Translations under genes and position numbers: made by a program
Source of the DNA: a virus
Length of the DNA: 64,000 nt
Reading direction: 5' to 3' (one strand)
IMG/VR virus record: IMGVR_UViG_3300024999_000081
Coordinates: 12,123 to 76,122 of that record
Shown: piece by piece, positions 24,659-35,022 of the stretch
Position numbering within the stretch: position 1 is the stretch's first letter
Layout of the letters: every line of letters starts with the position of its first letter
Notes under the pieces: model-generated
The model's input: the letters and a program-made list of their open reading frames with translations, nothing else
What the model was told of the DNA's origin: nothing
Databases searched by the model: none

Positions 24659-25129
24659 ATGGAAGAGAAAATAACTAAAAAACAAGAGCAAGTCGAATGG
24701 TTAGAAATGTGTTCCTATATTTTTAAAGAAGTATTACAGTATGAAGAAGGTAAAAAATTTCCAAAATACTTAGCATTGAGGTTAAGGGGTTTACATGAAG
24801 GAAAGTTTATGGCAAATACAAAACAAAAACCACAAGCAAGTTATGATTATAAACTTATACTACTAACCTTTAAATTTTGTAAATATAGTATTCTTCAATA
24901 TTTAGGCCCAAGCAGAGAGAAGATTAAAGATGAACGGCATTTAATAAATACCATAATGAGTTTTGTAGAAAATGAAATAAATAATGTTGTATCAAGATTA
25001 AAAAATTCTAAGAAGGCAGAAGAAAAAACTATGAACATTGAATTAAATAATCAAGTACATGAAGGAGCTGAATATAAACCAAAATCAAAAGATAAAAAGA
25101 TTGATAAGGAATTGGAGGAATTATGGTAA
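24659..25129 (+). CDS. Replication accessory protein (YorH-like position, possible helicase loader)
   Basis: Lies between the AAA ATPase and helicase; LRLRGL motif. Confidence 0.5.
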   Translation: MEEKITKKQEQVEWLEMCSYIFKEVLQYEEGKKFPKYLALRLRGLHEGKFMANTKQKPQASYDYKLILLTFKFCKYSILQYLGPSREKIKDERHLINTIMSFVENEINNVVSRLKNSKKAEEKTMNIELNNQVHEGAEYKPKSKDKKIDKELEELW

Positions 25130-26659
25130 ATGGTTGTTGCTACAAAAACAAAGACAAAAACTACTGTTGCTAAAAAAGAAATAAGTCCTTATGAACAATT
25201 ACTTATTGATGCTGTAAAAAAAGTAAAAGAGTTTAAATTATCAGCAGAAGCCAATATAACGTCTATATTTTTTAAGAATCCAGAACTAATTTATTCTTAT
25301 GATAATTTAACATTGCAAGATTTCTCCAATAATGAATGGAAAGTATTATTTACAATTGCTCACGATATTATCAAAAAAGAAAAGAAACAATCTTTAGATG
25401 AAATCACAGTTGGTTTATATCTTGAGAAACATGCTAAATTAAAGGTTAAATATGAGGACTATGGTGGATATGATACTATTGAAAAAGCTAAAGAATATAT
25501 AAAAGAAGAAAATATTAATGGATACGTAGATGAATTACATAAATGGAATGCAGTTTTAGGATTATTAAAAGCTAAATTTCCTGTATATGATCAACTTAGT
25601 AAATTTGCAGATATGAACGTAGAAGAGATATATGCTTATTATGAAACACACCTTAATCATATATTTATTAATGCGGAAGGAGATGTTACAAGTTACAATA
25701 TAGCAGATGATATTGATAGTCTAATTGAAGAACTAAATGAAGGATTAGCTGTTGGATTACCTTATTATAATTTACCAATGTTAACAAAAGAAACAGGAGG
25801 TATGTTATGTGGGAACATTACTCTAATAGGGGGATTATCAAATGTAGGTAAAACAACTTTTGCTAGAAATGCGATTCTTCAAAGTATCATTGATACTAAT
25901 GAAAAGATAGTAATTATGTTAAACGAAGATGGTCTAAAGAAGTGGCAGCGCGAAATAATTGTGTATATTGCCAATAATATATTCAAATACGAATTGCAAA
26001 AATATATTGTTAGAGATGGCAAATATTCAGAAGAAGTAAAAGAAATATTATATAAAAGTGCTAATTGGTTAAAACAACAAAAAGATGCAAAGTTAATTAC
26101 TATTATACCTTTTAAAAGATGGTCTTCTGCGAATGCAATTAAAATAATGAAAAAATTCTCAAGCTTGAATGTTTATCATTACATGATTGATACCTTCAAA
26201 AATGATGCAGGTAACGTACAAGATAATGCATGGTTGAGTATGATGCAAAGTATGGTAGATTTATATGATATCGTAAAACCAGATGTAAAAAATCTACATC
26301 TAACCGCAACTTTTCAATTAGAAAAAGGTAAAACGGCAAGGCAAAGATACTACTCTCAGGATAACGTTGGATTGGCTAAGAACATTATTGATCCTGTTTC
26401 TACATGTCTTATGATTAGGAATTTATTTGAAGATGAATATCCTGATGGAAAGAATGCTTTAAAAGTATATAGATTAGAAGGTAAAAGGGGGTTAACGAAG
26501 ATACCTGTAATATTAAATAAAGATAAAAATTATCAACTAATATTCATAGTTAAAAACAGAGAGGGTTCGGCAAATACATTTCAGATTGTTATTGAACATA
26601 ATTTATCGCAAAATACATTAAAAGAAATTGGAATTACCTCCGTACCAGTTGATTTTTGA
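25130..26659 (+). CDS. dnaB: DnaB-like replicative helicase
   Basis: Walker A GGLSNVGKT, IDTFK, TFQL, KNREG. Confidence 0.8.
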   Translation: MVVATKTKTKTTVAKKEISPYEQLLIDAVKKVKEFKLSAEANITSIFFKNPELIYSYDNLTLQDFSNNEWKVLFTIAHDIIKKEKKQSLDEITVGLYLEKHAKLKVKYEDYGGYDTIEKAKEYIKEENINGYVDELHKWNAVLGLLKAKFPVYDQLSKFADMNVEEIYAYYETHLNHIFINAEGDVTSYNIADDIDSLIEELNEGLAVGLPYYNLPMLTKETGGMLCGNITLIGGLSNVGKTTFARNAILQSIIDTNEKIVIMLNEDGLKKWQREIIVYIANNIFKYELQKYIVRDGKYSEEVKEILYKSANWLKQQKDAKLITIIPFKRWSSANAIKIMKKFSSLNVYHYMIDTFKNDAGNVQDNAWLSMMQSMVDLYDIVKPDVKNLHLTATFQLEKGKTARQRYYSQDNVGLAKNIIDPVSTCLMIRNLFEDEYPDGKNALKVYRLEGKRGLTKIPVILNKDKNYQLIFIVKNREGSANTFQIVIEHNLSQNTLKEIGITSVPVDF

Positions 26660-26685
26660 TAATGGAAGTAGGTGAAAATAATTGA

Positions 26686-27726
26686 ATGACCTCTATTGAA
26701 TTAAAACAATACATATTAGATAATAATAAACTACAAGAAATACTAAAATCCCTAGATTGTCATGGTATTAAGGAATACACCAAAGAATTAAGATGTGGAT
26801 TGCCCAATCATACATCTAATAATAATATTGCAATAAATAAAGAAACGTTATCTACTAAAATATTTCAATCTGATAGTGAAATAATAAGAGGTGATCTGCT
26901 AACTTTAGTTATGACAATAAAAAATATTTCATTTCCAGAAGCAAATAAATATTTACATAAGTTACTTGGCTTAGAGTACAAATTTAAAATAAAAGAAGAT
27001 AAATCTGATAAAAAAGATCCATTGAACGTATTCAAGAAAGTTAAAAGAAAAAGATGTGTTGTTAATCTAGATGACATTGAGTTGTATGATGAAGGAATTA
27101 TTAAAGAGTACATTCCATTACCTCACATTGATTGGATAAGAACAGATGGTATTCTACCATTTACATGTGAATTATTTAAAGTTGGTTATAGTGCAGATAA
27201 GAGAAGAATTACACTTCCTTGGCGTATATGGTATGGGGAAGAAAATGATTTTGCGGGTGTGATAGGGCGTACAACCATAAAGGAATATTCCATGTTGGAT
27301 ATCCCTAAATATTTTCCATTGAAGAAGTTTCCTAAATCAATGCATTTATATGGATTACAAGAAAATTACAAAACAATTCAAGAGGCAGGTTATGTTTTGG
27401 TTTACGAATCTGAAAAATCAACATTAAAAAGACACAGTAGAAAAGATGGTACTGGAGTATCTATTGGTTCTCATTGTCTAAGCGAAGAGCAAGTAAAAAT
27501 ATTGATTGGATTGAACGTATCTGTGATTATAGCTTATGACAAAGATGTATCTTTACAATATATTCGTTCTGAATGTGAAAAATTTAAATTTATTAGACCA
27601 ATATATTTTATATATGATAAATATGATTTGCTTGAAGATAAAATGAGTCCGGCAGACGCAAGTAATACTATTTTTAATTATTTATTAAAACATAAAATAA
27701 AATATGATAAATCTGAACATAAATAA
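26686..27726 (+). CDS. DNA primase (TOPRIM), YorJ-like
   Basis: RITLPWR, GVIGRT, LYGL, YESEKS, IAYDKD, SPAD. Confidence 0.8.
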   Translation: MTSIELKQYILDNNKLQEILKSLDCHGIKEYTKELRCGLPNHTSNNNIAINKETLSTKIFQSDSEIIRGDLLTLVMTIKNISFPEANKYLHKLLGLEYKFKIKEDKSDKKDPLNVFKKVKRKRCVVNLDDIELYDEGIIKEYIPLPHIDWIRTDGILPFTCELFKVGYSADKRRITLPWRIWYGEENDFAGVIGRTTIKEYSMLDIPKYFPLKKFPKSMHLYGLQENYKTIQEAGYVLVYESEKSTLKRHSRKDGTGVSIGSHCLSEEQVKILIGLNVSVIIAYDKDVSLQYIRSECEKFKFIRPIYFIYDKYDLLEDKMSPADASNTIFNYLLKHKIKYDKSEHK

Positions 27727-27751
27727 TATACGAAAGAAGATTGATATAACA

Positions 27752-28444
27752 ATGAATAAAAAATTAGATGTTGAGTTAAAAGTTAATAAAAGTAAAAAAT
27801 ATATAAATGATTCAATATGGGAAACTAATAATTTTGGTAAGATTAAAATAATTGGTAAAATTGATAAATCACATTATCTAGTAGAATTTATAGATGATGG
27901 AACACAGGTAATCACTCAAGGAGGTTCTATTTGTGGTAAGACAGTTAAAAATCCATATTATCCATTAATTTATAATATTGCATGTCTAGGAAGGATATCT
28001 CAATATCATTTTTTACATAAAAGATGGGAAAGTATGATAATGAGAATTTATGATAAAAATTGCAAAGCATATAAAAATTACGGAGGAAGAAATATAGATA
28101 TTGATTCAGAATTATTATGTTTTGAAAATTATGTTGAATATATTTCATCATTAAATAATTATAATGATTTAGTAAATAATAAGAGAAAATATGATATTGA
28201 TAGAATAAATAATGATGAAGGATATAAAAAAGGAAATATAAGGATAGCTACTCATTCTATAAATCAAAGAAATACTAGAAGTAATAATATTATTAAAATG
28301 AGTAAAGATAATGTAATCATAGATGAAGATATTATTATAAGATTAGTAGAAAAATATCCTCAATATGATTTAAGACAAGGTGGAATTAGTTTTGTCGTTA
28401 ATGGAAATCAAAAATCACATAGGGTTTTACTTTTGAAAAAGTAG
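27752..28444 (+). CDS. Free-standing HNH homing endonuclease with NUMOD-like tail
   Basis: W..MIMRIY, YKNYGGRNI, DIDRINNDEGY...NIRIAT..NQRN. Confidence 0.75.
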   Translation: MNKKLDVELKVNKSKKYINDSIWETNNFGKIKIIGKIDKSHYLVEFIDDGTQVITQGGSICGKTVKNPYYPLIYNIACLGRISQYHFLHKRWESMIMRIYDKNCKAYKNYGGRNIDIDSELLCFENYVEYISSLNNYNDLVNNKRKYDIDRINNDEGYKKGNIRIATHSINQRNTRSNNIIKMSKDNVIIDEDIIIRLVEKYPQYDLRQGGISFVVNGNQKSHRVLLLKK

Positions 28445-28461
28445 AAAAGGAGATAAAATAA

Positions 28462-29616
28462 ATGAGAAAACAATTTGAAGAAATTAAATTAATAGCAAAT
28501 AAATTAGATTGTGATGAGATTTACTCATGGTCAAAATATAATCAATATAAAGGAGATCCTTATACTTTTTACCTTAAATACATCCTTAAAATCCCAGAGG
28601 ATAGAAAGGATTCAATATATGGAGTATTAGGAAATGCTTCACATGATATATTAGAGAAATATTATAATAAAGAAATATCATACACAGATATGATAGAAAT
28701 ATTTGAAGAAAAATTATTTGAATTTACTATTGGTAATCTAAAATATGATAGAAGTGATGAAGAAAAAAATAAAAAGATAGGAAATAAATATGAATCATGT
28801 ATGAGACACTTCTTTAAAAATCATCAACGAATACCTAATAAATTGAAATTAGAAGTATTTGTTCCCATAAAGATAAATAATATATTAATTCAAGCTTATA
28901 TAGATGCTATACATATGGAAAAAAGAGAAGATAAAGATATTTGCATAATTACAGATTGGAAAACAAGCTCTTTATATAAAGGGAAAAAGGTATTAAAGGA
29001 GCGTGGTCAGTTATTACTTTATAGTTATGGCGTTCACAAAAAACTAAACATACCAATGGATCAAATTATAGCTAGATGGGCGTTCCTTAAATATGTAGAA
29101 GTAGAATGTATGCAAGCAAATGGAAAATTAAAAAGTCGCATTATTGAAAGGAATTCCATAGGAAGTAGTTTATCGTCAAATGCTAAAATGTGGTTAAAGA
29201 AATTAGATAGTAAATTTTCAGAAGAACAAATTGATGATTATCTTAGTCAAATGGTAGTTGATAATTCTATAGATTGTTTGCCAGATGATGTTAAGAGTAA
29301 ATTTGTAGTGAAAGATTGCTATGTTGAAATATCTTTAGATGATGAATCTATTCAAGAATTATTAGATGATATCGTGAAGACTGTTGAAGAGATTAAGCAA
29401 AAACAAGAAGAGTATAAATTAACATTGGATAATAAAATATGGTGGCAAGATGTTACTGATACAGAGAGTTATTTCTTGGCGAATTTAAATGGGTATTCGT
29501 CAGCGATTCATAAACCATATAGAGAATACCTTGATGCCTTGGGGATGTTTAAGGATAAAGAAAATAGTAAAGTTGATGAAAATGATCTTTCTTGGATGGA
29601 AGGACTTATGGATTAG
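28462..29616 (+). CDS. PD-(D/E)XK exonuclease (AddB/Cas4-like fold)
   Basis: YSWSK, GNASHDILE, AYIDAI...ITDWKTS, QLLLY. Confidence 0.8.
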   Translation: MRKQFEEIKLIANKLDCDEIYSWSKYNQYKGDPYTFYLKYILKIPEDRKDSIYGVLGNASHDILEKYYNKEISYTDMIEIFEEKLFEFTIGNLKYDRSDEEKNKKIGNKYESCMRHFFKNHQRIPNKLKLEVFVPIKINNILIQAYIDAIHMEKREDKDICIITDWKTSSLYKGKKVLKERGQLLLYSYGVHKKLNIPMDQIIARWAFLKYVEVECMQANGKLKSRIIERNSIGSSLSSNAKMWLKKLDSKFSEEQIDDYLSQMVVDNSIDCLPDDVKSKFVVKDCYVEISLDDESIQELLDDIVKTVEEIKQKQEEYKLTLDNKIWWQDVTDTESYFLANLNGYSSAIHKPYREYLDALGMFKDKENSKVDENDLSWMEGLMD

Positions 29617-29627
29617 GAGGAATGAGT

Positions 29628-32048
29628 ATGAATAATATTTTTTATGACTTCGAAGTATTCAAATTAGACTGGATGGTAGTATGTATCAATCAAACTACAA
29701 AAGAAAAAACACAAATTATAAACAATCCTGATGAATTACGTGAATTTTATGAGTTGCACAAAGAAGATATCTGGATAGGATATAATAGTCGTAATTATGA
29801 TCAATACATACTTAAAGGAATTTTATTAGGTATGAATCCATACAAAATCAATAATGAAATTATTCTCAATGATAAAAAAGGTAATCAAGTAGTAAAAAAA
29901 TCAAATACTTTTCCACTAAATAATTTTGATATTTCTACTGGTTTTCATAGTTTGAAACAATTGGAAGGATTTCTTGGATCTAAAATCCAAGAGTCCTCAG
30001 TACCATTTACTATAAACAGAAAACTAACACCAGAAGAATTAGATGAAGTATTAGAATATTGTACACATGACGTTGAACAAACAATTGAAGTATTCAATCA
30101 TAGAAAGGAAGAATTCGACAGTCAATTATCTTTAATTCAAGCATTTAATATGCCAATGACTATGTTTACAAAAACAAAAGCACAACTTTCAGCTATTATT
30201 TTAGATTCACAAAAAACCGAAAGAAATGATGAATTTGAATTAACTATACCTGACACACTACTTATATCTGATAAATATAAGTATATCGTGGATTGGTATA
30301 AAGTTAAAGAGAATATGAATTATAAGAAAAGCTTAATTACAGATGTAGCAGGGGTTCAACATGTATTTGCTTGGGGAGGAATTCATGGTGCAATACCAAA
30401 TTATTCATATGAAGGAATTATACTTTGTTGTGATGTTGCATCTCTTTATCCTGCATTAATGATAGAATATGGTTTTGTAAGTAGAAATGTAAGTGATTCT
30501 AGTAAATACAAAGAAATAAGGGATACTCGTTTAAAATTAAAAGCAGCAAAAAACCCCATGCAATTACCTTATAAAATTGTTCTTAATGCTACCTACGGAG
30601 CAATGAAAGATGAATATAATAATTTATATGATCCTTTAATGGCTAATAATGTGTGCATTGCTGGACAATTATTATTACTAGACTTAATAGATAAAATTGA
30701 GCCATTCTGTGAATTAATACAATCGAATACAGATGGTTTATTCCTTAAAATTAATAACATTGAAGATATTGAAAAGATAAAAAACGTAGCAAAAGAATGG
30801 GAAATAAGAACAAGATTAGATTTAGAATGGGAAATATTTGATAAGATTTTTCAAAAAGACGTTAATAACTATATTATTATTGATGCTAAAGGAAAGTATA
30901 AATCCAAAGGGGCATATGTAAAAAAACTAAATGCAATTGATTATGATTTACCAATTATTAACGATGCTTTAATAAATTATTTTGTAAATGGTAAACAAAT
31001 TGAAGATACTATTAATGAATGTAATGATCTTATCAAATATCAGAAGATTGTTAAAGTATCAAGATTATACCAACACGCTTTGTATGGAGATGTAAAAATA
31101 AACGAAAGAGTATTAAGAGTTTTTGCTAGTATGGAGGAATCATCCCCAGGAGTATTCAAAGTAAAAGGAGAAGATAAAATTGAGAAAATAGGTAATACTC
31201 CAGAACATTGTTTTATTTACAATGAAGAAGTTTTACATGAAAGTATTCCAAAAGAATTGAATAAACAATATTATTTGGATATGGCAAATAAAAGATTACA
31301 TGACTTCTTAGACCCAAAAGTAAAGAAACAAAAATTACCAAGTGATATTAAATTTATAACTAATGCAATTAGAGATTCTATCTGTAATATTATTGATGAA
31401 AATCCGAATATTAATTTTATTGATTTATTAAATATTATCTTTGAAAATGTAAAAGTTAGTGCTAGACAAATAAATATTCTTATTATATTGAACTATTTTA
31501 TTAATTATGGAAAAAATAAAAAACTTATGCAAATTCTTGATCTATATAATAAACATGGCAAACGTAAACAATTAAAAATAAAGGATCTTGAAAAACTAGA
31601 AATAAAGGAGAATATATTAATAAAATATTCTCAAGATAAAACTGAAAACCAATATCGTAAATTAGATATGACTGGATATATAAAAGAAGTGAGCGTGGAA
31701 TTTGAAGATAAGGCATTGTCTATCAAAGAACAAATTAAGAATGAATTGGAATATGCTGATACGATTTTCACCACTTATGAACAAGCTGGAGATAACTTCT
31801 ATATTGTAATTGATTTAAAAAATACTGATAAATTTAAACCGCATGTAATTCTGAGACAAATCAATTCAGGAGAAGAAGTACGAACAAAAATTAAAGAAGC
31901 TACTATTTATATTGAAAATCCTTTTAAATTATTCTCTGTTTTGAAAGTGAGAGAATTTAACCATCAAAAGAAAAGTATAATGATTGATGGTAAATGGGGA
32001 AAATCAAGTGAAACTGAAAAAATATTATTTGACTATGAGGTGTATTAA
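29628..32048 (+). CDS. Family B DNA polymerase with 3'-5' exonuclease and long C-terminal extension
   Basis: Exo I YDFEV, Exo II GYNSRNYD, Exo III YCTHDV; Pol A DVASLYP, B KIVLNATYG, C NTDG. Confidence 0.88.
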   Translation: MNNIFYDFEVFKLDWMVVCINQTTKEKTQIINNPDELREFYELHKEDIWIGYNSRNYDQYILKGILLGMNPYKINNEIILNDKKGNQVVKKSNTFPLNNFDISTGFHSLKQLEGFLGSKIQESSVPFTINRKLTPEELDEVLEYCTHDVEQTIEVFNHRKEEFDSQLSLIQAFNMPMTMFTKTKAQLSAIILDSQKTERNDEFELTIPDTLLISDKYKYIVDWYKVKENMNYKKSLITDVAGVQHVFAWGGIHGAIPNYSYEGIILCCDVASLYPALMIEYGFVSRNVSDSSKYKEIRDTRLKLKAAKNPMQLPYKIVLNATYGAMKDEYNNLYDPLMANNVCIAGQLLLLDLIDKIEPFCELIQSNTDGLFLKINNIEDIEKIKNVAKEWEIRTRLDLEWEIFDKIFQKDVNNYIIIDAKGKYKSKGAYVKKLNAIDYDLPIINDALINYFVNGKQIEDTINECNDLIKYQKIVKVSRLYQHALYGDVKINERVLRVFASMEESSPGVFKVKGEDKIEKIGNTPEHCFIYNEEVLHESIPKELNKQYYLDMANKRLHDFLDPKVKKQKLPSDIKFITNAIRDSICNIIDENPNINFIDLLNIIFENVKVSARQINILIILNYFINYGKNKKLMQILDLYNKHGKRKQLKIKDLEKLEIKENILIKYSQDKTENQYRKLDMTGYIKEVSVEFEDKALSIKEQIKNELEYADTIFTTYEQAGDNFYIVIDLKNTDKFKPHVILRQINSGEEVRTKIKEATIYIENPFKLFSVLKVREFNHQKKSIMIDGKWGKSSETEKILFDYEVY

Positions 32049-34307
32049 TTGGCAAACAAAAATAAAATAATTTACGAATTCAAAGGTGTTGTAGTCGCAA
32101 ACCCCTATAATACTGACGATTATAAAATATATGCCTTAGAGGTTGATGATATTAAATACCCACATATAGCGAGAAATACATATCAAAATGTTAGTATTTT
32201 AGGTAATCTGCCTGACTTAGAGATAGGTATAGAATATTCAGTAAAAGGCGAAGAAAAAGAAGGCAAGAATGGTATATCGTATAAGGTAATTAATATTGGA
32301 AGAGATATACCTAAAACAGAAACAGCAACTAGATTATTTTTACAAAGTATATTAGATAGTAATAGTCATGTTGATGAGGTAATGCGCGAATATCCTGATA
32401 TTATTGATAGAGTTATCAATAATCGTTTAGATGACATTGACTTAAACAAACTCTATAATATTGGGAAAGTTAGATTCGAGGTTATTAAAAGAAAAATAAT
32501 TGAAAACTTTGTATTAAGTGAGTTGGTCACGGAATTTAAGGGATTTATCGAATTCAAAATCTTAAAGGCATTATATGATAAATATGGTTCAGTGGATAAT
32601 ATTAAAGAAAAACTTCAAAATGATCCGTACAAGTGCTTATGCGGTCTCTCACATACGGCCTTCAAAACAGCAGACAAAATACTCCTTGAATTTAACAAAG
32701 ACTGCATTGCAACAAAAGCTAAAGGAGAAGTCCCTCCAATTGATTTCACTTTCGATTTACAAACTTCTAGTCAAAGACAAAAATCAGCAATCATGTTTTT
32801 ACTAGAAGAAAATGAGAACGATGGTAATACAAAAATTGATATTAAAGTTTTAAGAAAACAATCCGAATCTTTAGCAAAAAAATGTATTGAACACTTTGTT
32901 AATATTATCAAGAATGATAAAGATATTCATTTTGATAAGGGGTTAAATACTGTTGCTTTAGAAGAAACATATCAAACAGAATTATACATTGCTAATAGAA
33001 TTTTAGAAGGCTTGAAGGTGGATAATAAGTGGGATATTGATACTGAAAAATATAGAGATAATGGTGATATTGTTCTAACTGATCAACAACATAAAGTTTT
33101 ACCTATGGTGTGTAATTCTAATGTATGTATTCTCAATGGGTTTTCAGGAAGTGGAAAGTCAGCAACTACTAAATCAGTAATTGATATGCTCAAAGATAAT
33201 AATAAGTCATTTTGTTTATTTGCACCTACGGGAAGAGCTGCAAAGGTATTATCAGAATTTACCAAAGAAAATGCATCTACTATACATAGAGGGTTGGCTT
33301 ATATGCCTCCAGATTGGGGGTATAATGAGGAACATAAATTACCTTATGATGTAGTGGCGGTAGACGAATTCGGGATGTGCGATGTATTTTTAATGAAACA
33401 TCTTTTAGAAGCAATTGATTTTAGAAAAACTAAATTATTAATGATTGGAGATTCAAGTCAAATTCCATCTGTTGGAGCAGGAAATGCTTTCTATGACTTA
33501 ATTAATTCAAACCTAATACCCATAATTTCTTTAACACAAATATTTAGATATGGAGAAGGAGGAGTCTTGACTGTAGCAACTAAAACTAGAAATTGTGAAA
33601 AGTTTCTGGAATATTCTTCGAAACCGCAAGTATTTGGAAATGATAAAGGATATATGTTTGTTCCAATGCAACAAGAAAAAATAATTAAAAATGTTGTAGC
33701 TTTATATCAAAAATTATTGTCATCTGGAAATTTAAGAGAAGATATAATGATTTTATCTTCATATAATGTTGGAGATTATGGAACAATTGCTATAAATAAA
33801 TATCTACAACCTATCGCCAATCCTAATGTCACACAAAAAGGAATTAATGTTCAAATTGGTGAAACAAAGTTTTATGAAAATGATCTAATTATTCAAACAG
33901 TAAATAATTATAAAGCAATAAGATATAAAGATGGTTGGATAGACGAAGATGATAAAACATTTGTTGCAAATGGTGAGATTGGTAAAGTAATTAAAATTGA
34001 ATACGGCAAAGTAATTATAATGTTTGATGAATTGGTTGTTTATACTAAGAATGATTTATTAAATGTTAAGCTTGGATATTCAATATCTACATTTAAAGCA
34101 CAAGGCGGTCAGGCTAAAATAGTTATTATGATTACCCCTAAAGCTCATACCTTTATGCTTAATAGTAATCTTATCTATGTTGCACAAACAAGGGCTAAAC
34201 AAAAAGTATTTCATTTTGGAGAAAATGAGACAGTAAATAGAGCTATTAAAAAGAAAGCAGATTTTAATAGAAAAACCCATCTTAAAGAATTATTGTTAAA
34301 CTCTTAA
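32049..34307 (+). CDS. recD2: RecD2-like SF1B helicase
   Basis: GFSGSGKS, APTGRAAK, TIHR, VDEFGM, GDSSQIPSVGAG, NGEIG, KAQG, YVAQTRAK. Confidence 0.88.
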   Translation: MANKNKIIYEFKGVVVANPYNTDDYKIYALEVDDIKYPHIARNTYQNVSILGNLPDLEIGIEYSVKGEEKEGKNGISYKVINIGRDIPKTETATRLFLQSILDSNSHVDEVMREYPDIIDRVINNRLDDIDLNKLYNIGKVRFEVIKRKIIENFVLSELVTEFKGFIEFKILKALYDKYGSVDNIKEKLQNDPYKCLCGLSHTAFKTADKILLEFNKDCIATKAKGEVPPIDFTFDLQTSSQRQKSAIMFLLEENENDGNTKIDIKVLRKQSESLAKKCIEHFVNIIKNDKDIHFDKGLNTVALEETYQTELYIANRILEGLKVDNKWDIDTEKYRDNGDIVLTDQQHKVLPMVCNSNVCILNGFSGSGKSATTKSVIDMLKDNNKSFCLFAPTGRAAKVLSEFTKENASTIHRGLAYMPPDWGYNEEHKLPYDVVAVDEFGMCDVFLMKHLLEAIDFRKTKLLMIGDSSQIPSVGAGNAFYDLINSNLIPIISLTQIFRYGEGGVLTVATKTRNCEKFLEYSSKPQVFGNDKGYMFVPMQQEKIIKNVVALYQKLLSSGNLREDIMILSSYNVGDYGTIAINKYLQPIANPNVTQKGINVQIGETKFYENDLIIQTVNNYKAIRYKDGWIDEDDKTFVANGEIGKVIKIEYGKVIIMFDELVVYTKNDLLNVKLGYSISTFKAQGGQAKIVIMITPKAHTFMLNSNLIYVAQTRAKQKVFHFGENETVNRAIKKKADFNRKTHLKELLLNS

Positions 34308-34323
34308 ATTAATAAATAAATAT

Positions 34324-34353
34324 TTGACAATACGATACTCAACATGCTATAAT
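34324..34353 (+). promoter_or_regulatory. Sigma-A promoter
   Basis: TTGACA-18-TATAAT with TG extension. Confidence 0.7.
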
Positions 34354-34607
34354 ATTCACAGATAGTAAATTAACTCTGAAACACAAATCCAACTCAAAAG
34401 AAGGCAAAAATTATGTAAATTTACATATTTAATCATTTTTACAATAATACCCAACCATACAACTCTACTACCACAACGATTACAAAATTATAAAATCTCA
34501 AATTATCCCTTAAAATGTTCAACTTAAAGGATTATTAATTTAGGAGGTGATATAATGGAAGATTAAAACAATATAATTTACATTAATTTAAGGAGGTGAA
34601 AACAAAA

Positions 34608-34754
34608 ATGAACACTCAAAAAGTTATCAATCGCATCGACGGTCAATGGATTACCTGCTCTTCACAAGAATACAATTCCCAAGACAAAGTAAACTTCATG
34701 TTCAGCAAAAGTGATCTAACCAATACAACTACATATTACAAAAAGATTGGTTAA
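34608..34754 (+). CDS. Small protein (48 aa), paralogue 1
   Basis: AAGGAGGTG RBS; MNTQKVINRIDGQWITCSSQEYNSQDKVNF... Confidence 0.65.
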   Translation: MNTQKVINRIDGQWITCSSQEYNSQDKVNFMFSKSDLTNTTTYYKKIG

Positions 34755-34875
34755 ATAATCATAATTTCAAAACACAAATCATAAAATAATTATCATAATA
34801 TCAGCAAGGATTTGATCACATAGATTATAAATACCACCAATCAAATTCTTGCTAAATTAAAAGAGGTGAATACAT

Positions 34876-35022
34876 ATTAAAATTCTACATGGCAGAGATG
34901 GCGATTGGATTCAATGTGACTTTGAAGAATATAAAAATAATTATACTGATAAAGTTAACTATGCATTTATTGTCGATCAAGATACCAATAGAGGTAATTA
35001 TTTTAAAAAAAGTAATCATTGA
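34876..35022 (+). CDS. Small protein (48 aa), paralogue 2, ATT start
   Basis: GAGGTG RBS; IKILHGRDGDWIQCDFEEYKNNYTDKVNY... aligns with paralogue 1. Confidence 0.55.
   Translation: MKILHGRDGDWIQCDFEEYKNNYTDKVNYAFIVDQDTNRGNYFKKSNH

Noticed and set aside
27704-28444. Group I intron around the HNH genes
   Set aside because: Flanking genes are essentially complete and there is no room for a ribozyme core
28462-29616. Cas4 as part of a CRISPR system
   Set aside because: No Fe-S cysteine pattern and no cas neighbours; typical phage replication exonuclease
34370-34860. C/A-rich compositional patch (similar at about 6100-6660 and 43510-43640)
   Set aside because: Contains ordinary plus-strand ORFs or promoter DNA; unlike 41240-41541 there is no reversed coding signal
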